Virus record (IMG/VR): IMGVR_UViG_3300025121_000011
Location: 248,001-312,000 of that record
Length of the DNA stretch: 64,000 nt
Reading direction: 5' to 3' (one strand)
The notes beneath the pieces are model-generated. The model saw only the letters and a program-made list of their open reading frames with translations, was not told the DNA's origin and did not search any database. Each line of letters starts with the position of its first letter. Position 1 is the stretch's first letter. This document shows, one piece after another, positions 1-10,429 of the stretch. Position numbers and translations under genes: made by a program.

Positions 1-849
1 TCCAGAATAGCTTAAGTAATTTTTAAGAAAAGAACGAAGCAAAGAATATGTCATTTCAAATGTATTTTTAGCATCAGTTAAACGTTTTAAAACTTCTCGT
101 CTGGTGGGAACAACGATTTGTTTAGATAAACTTATTAATTGTTCATCTTTTGAATCTATTAAGATTTTCTGAATTTGGCGCTTAAATTCTTCTGGATGAT
201 ATATAAGATTAACCATATCTGTTAAATTTCCTTTAAGCTCCCCAAAGCTAAAAGCCTTTTTTATAGAACTTGGAACGGGATCTAATTCTTCCATTAAGAT
301 AATATAATATCGAATAGTGGTATTATATTTTTTAGATTCTACAGAACCGGTAAATGTACCATATATATTTGGAATATGTTTTTGTAATTCTGGAGCAATG
401 TTTTGTGAAGCTTGTTGAATCGCCCTCCATACTTCTACATCTTGAGCTTCTCCCCACTCTAATTGTTTGCCATAAAACCCTATTTTTGCAGATACGGGTT
501 TTCCTTCATATACAGCGGAATATACTGTAGCATATTTTCCAACTCCTAAAAATCCAGAATTATCTCCTCTGGTAACCGGAGTAATTCCATGTTGATGTAG
601 AGCGGTAAGTTCTTCATCCTTCATAGACTCTGGAGGAATAGTTACATTTTTTAATAACTCTTCTTCAGATTCATATTTTTCAGGAAATTCTTTTACCGCT
701 TCTTCATGCCAAGGCTCATCATATTCATCGGGTTCATCGGGTTCATTAGGTTCATCATATTCTGAAGCTAATGAATCAACTTCATTAGCATAAGATTTAA
801 GATGCAATCGACTTAAAATACTAGATAATTTTAATAACCTATTTTTCAT
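1..849 (-). CDS. Ser/Thr/APH-like protein kinase, runs off the left edge (absent from ORF track)
   Basis: Manual translation from ATG at 849: MKNRLLKLSSILSRL...GFLGVGKYATVYSAVYEGKPVSAKIG...YIILMEEL. Gly-loop, VxxK lysine and hinge are present; the frame is open to position 1. Confidence 0.75.
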   Translation of the reverse strand, partial: MKNRLLKLSSILSRLHLKSYANEVDSLASEYDEPNEPDEPDEYDEPWHEEAVKEFPEKYESEEELLKNVTIPPESMKDEELTALHQHGITPVTRGDNSGFLGVGKYATVYSAVYEGKPVSAKIGFYGKQLEWGEAQDVEVWRAIQQASQNIAPELQKHIPNIYGTFTGSVESKKYNTTIRYYIILMEELDPVPSSIKKAFSFGELKGNLTDMVNLIYHPEEFKRQIQKILIDSKDEQLISLSKQIVVPTRREVLKRLTDAKNTFEMTYSLLRSFLKNYLSYSG

Positions 850-934
850 TGTTCACCTTAAATATTTAATTTTATATTAATAGTTATCAAGATTAGCAAA
901 AAGGCAGTTCTCAAGAGCTGCCTTTTTTAATTGA

Positions 935-1423
935 TTAACGGCATACTTTATCTGCTACTCCTGATGCGCACCAAGCTTCTGGTTTAATAGAGCATTCATA
1001 ACCTTGACTAGCAACAAGGCCAATTAACTCTACTTTAAAAGCAGATGTTTTAGACAGCTTTGGATTTGGTCCAATATCTAAGTGAATATGAATTGTCTTT
1101 TTAAAATCTGGTTCAATCTCCATAGCTGCTTCTAAAGAGCGATAAGCTTCTAGCATCATTCTCATCCTAAGATTAGGATAATCCTTTTTAAGTATTTTTT
1201 CTTTAACATAAAAAACCCGACCAGAACAATCTGATCCATACCTAGAGTTTCTTCTAACAAAAGCTATGCAGGTGGCGATATAGATTTTATTTTTAATTAC
1301 TTGAGAATCAGTGCCTATATAGGCATCATATCCTTCTGAATCATATTGTTTTAATATTTTAATAAATTCTTCATATGAATATTCAACTTGATTTAGATTT
1401 TTAATTTTTTGCTCTTTTAGCAT
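935..1423 (-). CDS. RNase H-like YkuK/DUF458 family protein
   Basis: YIGTDSQV, RMMLEAYRSLE, IHIHLDIG and IKPEAWCASGVADK motifs typical of the family. Confidence 0.75.
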   Translation of the reverse strand: MLKEQKIKNLNQVEYSYEEFIKILKQYDSEGYDAYIGTDSQVIKNKIYIATCIAFVRRNSRYGSDCSGRVFYVKEKILKKDYPNLRMRMMLEAYRSLEAAMEIEPDFKKTIHIHLDIGPNPKLSKTSAFKVELIGLVASQGYECSIKPEAWCASGVADKVCR

Positions 1424-1527
1424 ATAAATTTGCCTCTGAATTTGCTATTAATATTTTATAGCAAGATAGACAGTATAATCACAGAAATATTTCATGAATC
1501 CACAACAATCTATGGGTGAATTGTTGA

Positions 1528-1809
1528 ATGAAAACCCCACACAACATACGATACCCAATCAATAATTCAGAAGCAATTCATTTTATACATATAACAAATA
1601 TACATTGGCTGAAGAGTCTTTCAATACCTGATAAAAGAAAACGTTGCAAAGAAACGCTACATATAATTAAAGAAGTACAATTTATATTAAATGAACTTAA
1701 AAAAGAGTTAGATAAATTAAAAAGAGAAAATAAAATAGATTTAGATATTTCAGAAGCATATTTAGTTATTTTAAAGTGGTATGCTACACATTGGAGACTT
1801 AAAAAGTGA
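1528..1809 (+). CDS. hypothetical protein
   Basis: 93-aa ORF whose stop overlaps the start of the next gene. Confidence 0.55.
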   Translation: MKTPHNIRYPINNSEAIHFIHITNIHWLKSLSIPDKRKRCKETLHIIKEVQFILNELKKELDKLKRENKIDLDISEAYLVILKWYATHWRLKK

Positions 1810-4466
1810 AACTAAATTCTGCTAAAAGATTGTATAAACTCGGAATTTATTTATTCGATCAAGCTATGAATCAAGAACTTTTATCTTTAGTTAAAATTGC
1901 AAAAGAAAGTTCTGGAGAAATGCCGGGTTTAGAATTAATTGAAGCATCTACTGAAATCAAAACTTATTTAAGTAACTATGTTAATAATTTTGATGATCCT
2001 AAAGTTAGGGAATTTTGGTTAAGAGATTTTCTAGATCTTAATATAGATTTTTTTATAGAAAATACACCAATAAAAAGACTTGGAGAAGGTTATGTTGGAG
2101 AAGCATTTTTATTAGATAATGGAATGGTATTAAAAATTTTCCATGAAAAGGCATTAAATAAATTTTATAAACAAGAATTTGATTTATTACATGAACAAAA
2201 AGCTACGCAACAAACATTAATGGTCTATGGATTTGGTGAATTCACATTACCAAAAACATCCAGACATTATAAAGTTTATAATAATGGATTTTTGGGATGG
2301 GCTTTGGTTGAATATTTGCCCAATCCGGAAAAGATAGAAAATAGTCCTTTAATAAAAGATTTAGCAGATTTTGTATATTTTGCTTTTGATAGAGAACAAC
2401 TTAATAATATTGACATATTAAATCTTAAAAATATAGCTACACAAATATACCAAGAGTTTCAAGAACATATAGATCCGGAATTTGAAAAAATATCTGAATT
2501 TACTTTAGATAAAAATTCAACTTGGGCCATTAAATATGTAATGTCTTTAATATATCAAATAATATTAAAAAGAAGAGATACATATGGATCAAAAAATATG
2601 GGTTATAGAAATATAGAACAGCCTGTTTTCTTTGATCCATATCATCCAACTTCTAAAAGTCAAGGCACCGATGAAGAAAGAGAGTCAGATTTAGATTCAT
2701 ATTCTTCTTTAATGAAATTAGAAAAAATATTAAGCATTAAAACAGCTGGCTCATATCAAGATATACACTATAGATTTAGACAGAAAGAAAAAATTCCAGA
2801 AGTAGTAGACGCCATTAAACATTATTATGGAGTAACACAAGAAACCCAATCCGATAGATTTATCAGTATATATAAGAGTGTGGAAGACGTAGCCGAAGTG
2901 GCGTTTCGAGACAAGCCTGCGGCAATTTTAAATGCAAAAATTTATGATAAATATTCCGATCTTTTTAACGTTTTAATTAAAAAAATCATTGCTAATCCAA
3001 ATTATACAATGATAATATCAACTGGATTATCAGAAAATTCTGCTTATATTATTGGTAAAAAACAAAATGTAGCGGCGATTCAAAAAGAATTTGAACAGGC
3101 TAAGCGCTATAATCAACATGGAAGACCGGCGACAACAAGAGATTTTCATTATAATTTAGGGAAAAATTTAGGATATAGTGATCAAGATATTGATGAATTT
3201 TTAGCAGAAACACATAATACTCCAGATAGTGCATCGTATTCTCAAGAAGAGGCAGATTTCTGGAATAATTGGAATGAAAATAATGCTGAAGATATTCTTT
3301 CTCCAATTAGAAGAAATTTAGATTATAAATTTGAAAATATGTCAGAAGACATAGTTTTAACAGAAGATTATGCAAGAGAACATGGTTTAGAAAGATATCT
3401 TCCGGCTCCTAAAATAGAATTAGGTAAGTATGGAAAGATTTTTGAAACCGGAACTAAAATTAGAGAATATGTTGATCGAATATTTTATCATCATTCTCCT
3501 CAAGAAGATGCAAAAGCCAAACAAAGTTGGGTAGATGATTTTTTAGATCAAAATTCTGATATTTTAGCATCTTATGATCCCGTAAAATTATTAGGCTCAG
3601 GTGTCTATGGTGATGCTTGGTTAACGGATGATGGTCGAGTTATTAAATTTATTCGTGATAATAAAGATTTATCATTTTATGCTAAACAAAAAGAAGAAAT
3701 ACATGATCCAAAAAAAGGGACTAAGCATCATATCATGATTTATGATTATGGCACCTTTGACGTTCCTTGGGCTGAATATCCATACAATACACAACCGCTG
3801 CAAATGATGTCTTGGGTGGTAATGGAAAAGCTGGTTCCGCTTAGAGATTTAATTTCCACTTATGATAATCAATTAAGATTTTTAGCTTCTCATTTAAAGG
3901 ATTCTACAGAGTCTATGGATGTAATAGATCAAAATAAATTATTAGGTAGCTTTAAAGATAGTTTTACTAAATTTAGAATGGTCGTAGAAGAGAGAGCACA
4001 AAGTTTGTTTGCTGTATCAAAGTTTAAAAATCAAAATACAGCAATTTCTAAAATTGGAAATATTGTATATCAAGAGCTTTTAAATTCACCAATATATATT
4101 CAAAATATTAAACCTGTTTTTGATCAAGTAACAAAAAAAGTAGATTTACCTAGTAATTGGCTATATAATATGACTCAATCGTTAGTTTTCCAAGTGTATA
4201 ATCAAAATACAGATACACACAGCGGAAATGTAGGATTTAGAGGACAACAATTAGTATATTTCGATCCTTCTAATATGAAGCCTGCTGGTAGCATAACTAA
4301 AGAGCCTAAGTATACTTCTTCTCAAAAATCTCCCGAAACAAATATAGAGTGGCTTACTCCAGAAGAAAACACTAATATTATAGAACCAGATGAGCCTGAT
4401 GAATCTTTAAATGAAGAATCACGAGCAGACTTTAGTAATGAAACTTTTGATTATGAGTATCGATAA
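1806..4466 (+). CDS. large protein with two atypical kinase (APH/RIO-like) domains
   Basis: Domain 1: LGEGYVG/VLKIF/RDTYGSKNMGYR/VFFDP. Domain 2: LGSGVYG/VIKFI/DTHSGNVGFR/VYFDP. Confidence 0.75.
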   Translation: MKLNSAKRLYKLGIYLFDQAMNQELLSLVKIAKESSGEMPGLELIEASTEIKTYLSNYVNNFDDPKVREFWLRDFLDLNIDFFIENTPIKRLGEGYVGEAFLLDNGMVLKIFHEKALNKFYKQEFDLLHEQKATQQTLMVYGFGEFTLPKTSRHYKVYNNGFLGWALVEYLPNPEKIENSPLIKDLADFVYFAFDREQLNNIDILNLKNIATQIYQEFQEHIDPEFEKISEFTLDKNSTWAIKYVMSLIYQIILKRRDTYGSKNMGYRNIEQPVFFDPYHPTSKSQGTDEERESDLDSYSSLMKLEKILSIKTAGSYQDIHYRFRQKEKIPEVVDAIKHYYGVTQETQSDRFISIYKSVEDVAEVAFRDKPAAILNAKIYDKYSDLFNVLIKKIIANPNYTMIISTGLSENSAYIIGKKQNVAAIQKEFEQAKRYNQHGRPATTRDFHYNLGKNLGYSDQDIDEFLAETHNTPDSASYSQEEADFWNNWNENNAEDILSPIRRNLDYKFENMSEDIVLTEDYAREHGLERYLPAPKIELGKYGKIFETGTKIREYVDRIFYHHSPQEDAKAKQSWVDDFLDQNSDILASYDPVKLLGSGVYGDAWLTDDGRVIKFIRDNKDLSFYAKQKEEIHDPKKGTKHHIMIYDYGTFDVPWAEYPYNTQPLQMMSWVVMEKLVPLRDLISTYDNQLRFLASHLKDSTESMDVIDQNKLLGSFKDSFTKFRMVVEERAQSLFAVSKFKNQNTAISKIGNIVYQELLNSPIYIQNIKPVFDQVTKKVDLPSNWLYNMTQSLVFQVYNQNTDTHSGNVGFRGQQLVYFDPSNMKPAGSITKEPKYTSSQKSPETNIEWLTPEENTNIIEPDEPDESLNEESRADFSNETFDYEYR

Positions 4467-5989
4467 TGACCACGAAAATGCATTTAAATAAATCACATAA
4501 TAATAAAGGCGTAGGGCATAAGCATCCCTATAAAGATTTGCCTACGGGCTCTCTAACGGCATGGAAACCAAAACTGAATAGGCTTATCGCTTCATTAAAA
4601 AGCCTTGGAAATAATGAAGAGGCTGAAAAATTACGTCAAATGATGAAGGAGTTGGACGAAGATGCTGCCTGGATGGGGTTAGATGATGAAGATGAACCAT
4701 CTGATGCCCCAAAATATCAACCGATTCCAGATGATCCAACCTTACATGGGCAGTTAGTTTCTGAAGAAGAATTTGATGAATTAGATAAACAGGAAAATAA
4801 ACCTAATATAGAAGCTATCGAATCATGGTTAATAGAAGGCATAATGATGAATTCTATTCATAAACGCGCTCCAATCGGGTTTAAAGATTTTATACATTCA
4901 AATATTAATATACTTAAAAATTTTGGAAATCCACAATATATTGGTTCTGGAGCTACAGGTGACGCATGGAAAGAAGGACATTCAGGAGGAGTGTTAAAAA
5001 TATTTGATGCCAATGCTTTTTCAAATGCATCTAATCCACCTTATTTGCAATATTTAAAATTTTATGAATCTATGCATATACCTTTAAATCAAGACATCAA
5101 AACTTTCACCACAGATAAAGGTTTAGAAAATATACCAATGATATATGGAGTTGGATTATTTAATACACCATTTTCAATTTCTAAGATGAGTTTTTCTAAT
5201 TTTTCTCATGGTGGAACAAAGCTAGCTTGGGTAGTTATGGAAAAGCTTATCACACCAGATGAAATGTTATCTAGATACATTAAAGATTCAGAAAATACAC
5301 TTGAACCAGAAAAATCTATTGATGATGAAGAAGAAGCTGGTTGGGTAACTGAAGATAATCCAGATTTTAAATTAGCAGAAATATATGATATTTATGAAAA
5401 AACACCTGATTTGCAAAATTCCGTAGAACAAGATTATGGCGGAGACTGGTCTCAGGCGCCAGTGTCAACTTTATTAAAAACATTAATACATGCCGTTATA
5501 ACTAGTATTATTAGTAACGTAGCATTAGAATATTATATTCTAACAGAAACAACTTATCAATATGCGGATGATAAAGATGAATATGATTCAGAAGAAGATT
5601 GGATAGAAAGTCAATTAGATTTAAAAGATCCGAAAGTTTTGCGTCGATTCGTAGAAAGAGAAGTAGAACAACAACTGAATTCAGAGGATGTTATTGGAGG
5701 AGTTGCCGCATTAGATTTGGTGGAAAGAGTTTTGGGAATAAATACTGTTGCTAAAGAATATAATGATGAAACCATTATAGATAGTACCGGTAAAAACAAT
5801 TGGTTAATAGATGTAGTTTTATCTGGCATGCGTAGAATGTTAGAAGGATATGGAGATATCCATTCTGGTAATTTTGGATTTAGAAAAGAATGGGGTAAGC
5901 GTCAACCAAATAGAGATCTTTCTCCGCCTGGAAATAGAAAAGAAGAAGAGTTAGAACCGATTAATAGACCAATCTTCTTTGATTCATAA
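4466..5989 (+). CDS. atypical protein kinase (APH/RIO-like)
   Basis: IGSGATG, VLKIF, WVVMEKL, GDIHSGNFGFR and IFFDS motifs. Confidence 0.75.
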   Translation: MTTKMHLNKSHNNKGVGHKHPYKDLPTGSLTAWKPKLNRLIASLKSLGNNEEAEKLRQMMKELDEDAAWMGLDDEDEPSDAPKYQPIPDDPTLHGQLVSEEEFDELDKQENKPNIEAIESWLIEGIMMNSIHKRAPIGFKDFIHSNINILKNFGNPQYIGSGATGDAWKEGHSGGVLKIFDANAFSNASNPPYLQYLKFYESMHIPLNQDIKTFTTDKGLENIPMIYGVGLFNTPFSISKMSFSNFSHGGTKLAWVVMEKLITPDEMLSRYIKDSENTLEPEKSIDDEEEAGWVTEDNPDFKLAEIYDIYEKTPDLQNSVEQDYGGDWSQAPVSTLLKTLIHAVITSIISNVALEYYILTETTYQYADDKDEYDSEEDWIESQLDLKDPKVLRRFVEREVEQQLNSEDVIGGVAALDLVERVLGINTVAKEYNDETIIDSTGKNNWLIDVVLSGMRRMLEGYGDIHSGNFGFRKEWGKRQPNRDLSPPGNRKEEELEPINRPIFFDS

Positions 5990-6029
5990 TGATACATACT
6001 AATAATTTTAAAGTTAACAGAGGTTTAGA

Positions 6030-6728
6030 ATGAGTAATAATGTGAAAACAGTTTTAGAAACATTGGCACATTTAGATGCCAAAGGGTTGACAACAGAAGT
6101 TGATATTCTAGACTCTTATTTGCGTAAGCATGCTAAAAAGGTTCTTCATAGGTGCGGATTAGAAGAAGCAACCATTGAGTCTCATAAAAAGTTATTAGAA
6201 GATTATACAGATGCCAAAGAAAATTTAAAAAGAGAGCGCCAAAAAATATTATTATCTTCTAATGAAAAGGATAACTCAAATGATAGTAAGCTTAGAGACA
6301 TTTCTAGAAATTTAACTAATGCAAGAAATAGTATATTTTTGCATGAAATGTATTTTGCTGATGTTATTGATTCCAAACCATTTCCATTAGAAAAAACTCG
6401 CTTCTTAAATGATAATCTTAATGGTTTATATATTAGAAGTGCAAAAGATTTTCCAAAAGACTTAGTACGAATGGCTAATCTAACACGCAGTGGTTGGGTG
6501 TTATTAACTTATTGTACAAAAAATAAAAATTTAGAATTAGAAATAATCGATTTGCATGAAATCGGAGGCACTTTATGTAGGGTTCCGGTTGCTGCATTAG
6601 ATATGTGGGAGCACGCCTATTTTATGGATTTTGGCTCCGATAAAAATGCTTACGTCGAATGGTGGCTTTCCAAATTGGATTGGCGCGGTATCGAAACAAG
6701 AATTAAAAACCTTAGCAGAATAAAATAG
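6030..6728 (+). CDS. sod: Fe/Mn superoxide dismutase-like protein
   Basis: ALDMWEHAYFMDFG signature, plus IESHKKL and FLHEMYF giving the other two candidate His ligands. Confidence 0.8.
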   Translation: MSNNVKTVLETLAHLDAKGLTTEVDILDSYLRKHAKKVLHRCGLEEATIESHKKLLEDYTDAKENLKRERQKILLSSNEKDNSNDSKLRDISRNLTNARNSIFLHEMYFADVIDSKPFPLEKTRFLNDNLNGLYIRSAKDFPKDLVRMANLTRSGWVLLTYCTKNKNLELEIIDLHEIGGTLCRVPVAALDMWEHAYFMDFGSDKNAYVEWWLSKLDWRGIETRIKNLSRIK

Positions 6729-6736
6729 GAGCTGCA

Positions 6737-7963
6737 ATGTCTAGTATTCCAATTCAATTTATTTCAAAAAAAGCGTCGGGTTATGAGGGTTTTTCTAGTG
6801 GTTTAGAACTTACAGATGACAGCAATCTTGAATATCCAGAAGAAGATGCTTTATATCCTGCCGAAAGTGTACCTTATGATACAAGAGATTACAAAAAAAC
6901 AGATAGACCCGATATATATAGTGAATATGTAGATTATGCAGACATGAAATCTTTTGAAGTCCAAATTTATGGACCAATTAGATCTGAATTATCTGAGGCT
7001 TCGGAACATATTGGAATGCCAAAAGGTAGTTTAAATACTATTAAAGATTGCGCTAATTTCTTACGTAAATATTTAGAAATAGAAGAACCAACAGATGTCA
7101 ATGGAGTTATAAACTTCATTGATATGAAAAAGGGTCACAAAAGTATTCCTGTTTTAGAATTTTATACCGCGGATCCTTACGAAACTTTAGAGTTCATCAG
7201 TCATTATGATTCTTTAGATGAAGGTGTTAGATTTCAAATATACGATAATGAAGATATGACGGCATTAAATGAAGCATTATCTAAAGTTATTTCTAAAGAT
7301 ACATTAGAAAAATATAATGAGCGCACCAAGTTATCAGATGAGATGACCGAAGAATATAGAACTAAAGAAATTCCTATGGGGAAAGATATTGAGAGATTTA
7401 CAGAAGAAGAAACACCAGAAGATTGGGAGGATATGTCTATGGCTTCATTGACGATGCAAAAGAGTTTAATTCGTTTAGCTGATAAATTAGATAAAGCAGG
7501 ATTTTATAAAGAAGCGGATCTAGCAGACGAAATAGTTAGAATGGCTATGGACGAATTCGATGACACACAACAATATGACAGCCTGGAAGGCGCAGATGTT
7601 AAGCCTGGTGAAGTGCTTTATGATTCTGATATCGGCATAGAAAATGAAGATATTGGAGAAACCGGAGAGGCCGAACAATTAGTTGGAAAATTAGAAGCAT
7701 TGAAAGATATGATATCCGAAGGCGAAAATATTGATCCAGCTCAACTCCAAGAAGCTCAAGATCAAGTAGATGCTTTAATGGCTTTATTTATGGGCGGCGA
7801 TATTATAAGTCCAAAAATCGGAAGGCCACCATTACCATCGCCTGCTTGGGGCGGCAACATGGCGATTGGAGAACCAGGATTAGAACCCGGTGTGTTACCC
7901 GTAGCAGAAGCCTCTAAGTTAACATTACGAGATTTAGCTAAACGAGCCAAAAGATCTAAGTAA
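6737..7963 (+). CDS. acidic hypothetical protein, possible virion internal protein
   Basis: 408-aa D/E-rich ORF containing the LIRLADKLDKAGFYKEADLADEI helix. Confidence 0.6.
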   Translation: MSSIPIQFISKKASGYEGFSSGLELTDDSNLEYPEEDALYPAESVPYDTRDYKKTDRPDIYSEYVDYADMKSFEVQIYGPIRSELSEASEHIGMPKGSLNTIKDCANFLRKYLEIEEPTDVNGVINFIDMKKGHKSIPVLEFYTADPYETLEFISHYDSLDEGVRFQIYDNEDMTALNEALSKVISKDTLEKYNERTKLSDEMTEEYRTKEIPMGKDIERFTEEETPEDWEDMSMASLTMQKSLIRLADKLDKAGFYKEADLADEIVRMAMDEFDDTQQYDSLEGADVKPGEVLYDSDIGIENEDIGETGEAEQLVGKLEALKDMISEGENIDPAQLQEAQDQVDALMALFMGGDIISPKIGRPPLPSPAWGGNMAIGEPGLEPGVLPVAEASKLTLRDLAKRAKRSK

Positions 7964-7994
7964 AAATATATAAAAATATAAACTTATGACTTCT

Positions 7995-8020
7995 AAAGCC
8001 CCTAAATATTTAGGGGCTTT
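7995..8020. terminator. bidirectional intrinsic terminator
   Basis: AAAGCCCCTAAATATTTAGGGGCTTT palindrome between convergent genes. Confidence 0.8.
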
Positions 8021-8395
8021 TCAATGATGATAATCATCATTGAATGATGCAGTCTCAGCAAATACATAATCATCTTTGAAATCATTTCTCAAATTCATAG
8101 ACACAATATCGCTGGCTCCAAAAGGAAAACATAAACCATTTCCAATTAATATCAAAATAGAAAACTGTCCCTCAATAAAGTTGGCTGTGGCTATATGCAT
8201 ATAACAATGATTCGTGATCTCATCTATAATCATCGGGTGTCTATGATATACAAATACATGAGCCAAATTCATTCGCGCCGTATCTCTATAAAAAATGGAA
8301 GGATTATAAATGACGGCCGTTTGCCCGGATTTGATCGGAAACATTTCCATAGGCTCGGGAAGTTCTGTAATTGAAATCGGATATGATGCGCCCAT
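8021..8395 (-). CDS. hypothetical protein
   Basis: 124-aa ORF convergent on the terminator. Confidence 0.45.
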   Translation of the reverse strand: MGASYPISITELPEPMEMFPIKSGQTAVIYNPSIFYRDTARMNLAHVFVYHRHPMIIDEITNHCYMHIATANFIEGQFSILILIGNGLCFPFGASDIVSMNLRNDFKDDYVFAETASFNDDYHH

Positions 8396-8711
8396 ATAAA
8401 TATGGACAAGATATAACCATATAAGAAAAGGTTATGTTTTATATATTCAGCATATAATCAAAAGATATAAATATATGATAATCATGAATAAATAAATTAA
8501 TGCTTTTTATATATAATCAAACAAATAAAGCGCCGGCGGAAACTTTCTGTTGGAATATTCATGATAATCATAAGAAAAATATTATAAATCATAATTTGCC
8601 TCTTATGAAGAAGACAGAAAGAAAAGATAGAGACCCCAAGAAAGAAATTTTGAAGATTTCCAAGATCCCAAAATTTCTCAGCGGTATTATTTATTCTAAC
8701 AGGAGTGTACA

Positions 8712-9101
8712 ATGAATCCAATGCCATACACAATTGTTCTAAAGTCTAGAGCGATTGGCGCCTCAACAATGATAAATCTTTCAAGCCCATATTACATTTC
8801 AAGAAACAAGTCGTTGCCATGCGTCGATGTTGGCGACTTTCATCAATTATCAAATATGATGAGCAAAGAGATCCCGACCGAATATAAGTCTATAATAAGC
8901 TATGTTCGAATAAAATCAAAAAATCTCCCCAATTTTAAATTGATGCTCCTTGAATCCAATTTAAATGGCAGGCATTTTGTAATCCAAGACTCAATAGATT
9001 TGGATTTTTATCGATGGATACCCATAGAAGAAGTGATTCCAATGTTATCCATCGAAGAACAAAAGAATATGCTTTTCTTTTTGAATGAGATAAGAATATG
9101 A
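8712..9101 (+). CDS. hypothetical protein with shared C-terminal helical motif
   Basis: GGAG RBS; ends IEEVIPMLSIEEQKNMLFFLNEI. Confidence 0.6.
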   Translation: MNPMPYTIVLKSRAIGASTMINLSSPYYISRNKSLPCVDVGDFHQLSNMMSKEIPTEYKSIISYVRIKSKNLPNFKLMLLESNLNGRHFVIQDSIDLDFYRWIPIEEVIPMLSIEEQKNMLFFLNEIRI

Positions 9102-9122
9102 ACGATATGCAGGAGAAGAAAC

Positions 9123-9440
9123 ATGCAGGTGGATGATAATATGTTGGTGCATTTGGATCTTTGCAACGAAGAAGATGTGAATTTGTTAAGAGATTTATGC
9201 GCCGGAAAAAGACCATGCAATTCAATCTTTTGCATCAAAGGATCTCCTCAATACACAAAGGCGTTTGGGAGATCCTCTTCTCCATGGGAATGGGGAAAAA
9301 AGACTTCTTCAAAATTCTTATATTCCTGGAGAATTAAAGAAGAATATAAAGAGACGGAGGTATCCTTCGATGATGTGTTCGAGCATCTAAGCCCAAAACA
9401 GAAACAAGCCGCTCTGTATCTCATGGATATATTAAGATAA
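9123..9440 (+). CDS. hypothetical protein with shared C-terminal helical motif
   Basis: Ends FDDVFEHLSPKQKQAALYLMDILR. Confidence 0.6.
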   Translation: MQVDDNMLVHLDLCNEEDVNLLRDLCAGKRPCNSIFCIKGSPQYTKAFGRSSSPWEWGKKTSSKFLYSWRIKEEYKETEVSFDDVFEHLSPKQKQAALYLMDILR

Positions 9441-9549
9441 AGGATTAACCGCATTATGAAATCTGAATATTTGAAAAATTGTCTGATCTCCCAAAGAAAC
9501 AACAATCGCCCGGCTATGTATTATTGTCTGATAGAATATAGGATATAGA

Positions 9550-9846
9550 TTGATGACATCTCCATACCATAATATAACATTTTTAAAACATATACCAGAG
9601 ATAGATCTAGAGTTCTTAACAAATAAGAAAGTACTCGTAAAGTGTTATCAAATAAGAAGATTCTATTTTATAGTCTTTGAAGAATCTCCTAAGAAAAGAC
9701 TATGGACAGAGTGGACAGCATATAAAGGAGAATCGGTATTAAGGCAAGTACCTATAGATAAGGTTCTAAATTCTTTGTCTTCATCGGAGAAGAAAGAGTT
9801 TATAGAAAATTGGTCTATATTAAAAAATATAGGGAATCAAGATTGA
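9550..9846 (+). CDS. hypothetical protein with shared C-terminal helical motif
   Basis: Ends IDKVLNSLSSSEKKEFIENWSIL. Confidence 0.55.
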   Translation: MMTSPYHNITFLKHIPEIDLEFLTNKKVLVKCYQIRRFYFIVFEESPKKRLWTEWTAYKGESVLRQVPIDKVLNSLSSSEKKEFIENWSILKNIGNQD

Positions 9847-9963
9847 GAAGATAGAAAAGATATGAGAAGTAGATTATATTTATAAGTTATCAGAGATTGG
9901 TTTATATAAAGATCTTCATTTTAAACTTTTTAATTTAACTGTTATGAGAGATAGATTATAAAT

Positions 9964-10170
9964 CTGCTTTGATGTTTTATGGCTGTAAGAGATATCTTTG
10001 ATGTTTTATAGCTACTCCATTGCTTTGATGTTTTCATTTTTATACTCCATTGCTTTGATGTTTTATAGCTACTCCATTGCTTTGATGTTTTCATTTTTAT
10101 ACTTTATGGCTGTAAGAGATATTTTCATTTTTATACTTTATGGCTGTAAGAGATATTTTCATTTTTTTTT
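9964..10170. repeat. mosaic tandem repeat tract
   Basis: Shuffled repeats of TGCTTTGATGTTTT, ATAGCTACTCCAT, CATTTTTATACT and TTATGGCTGTAAGAGATAT. Confidence 0.85.
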
Positions 10171-10191
10171 ATAAAATAGGCTTGGCGGAGC

Positions 10192-10207
10192 GCAATTACC
10201 GTGCCAA
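10192..10207 (-). promoter_or_regulatory. single sigma54-consensus site
   Basis: Minus strand reads TTGGCACGGTAATTGC, i.e. TGGCACG-N4-TTGC. Confidence 0.55.
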
Positions 10208-10429
10208 CACCGATTGCTCCCAACCCTTTATTCAACCCATATAAGTTAAGCTGATCCATGTCATGTATACCACGTCAAGTGACGGTGATCACAAAAGTAA
10301 AAAGAAAAGCGTGACGATTACTTTTTTAAATGTCAAGCAATGTTTTGTTGGTTTTAAAAAAAATAAACATAGTATGTGTTATCTTTAAAAAGATATTCTA
10401 TATAGTAACAAAGAAGAAAGGAGTAGCCC

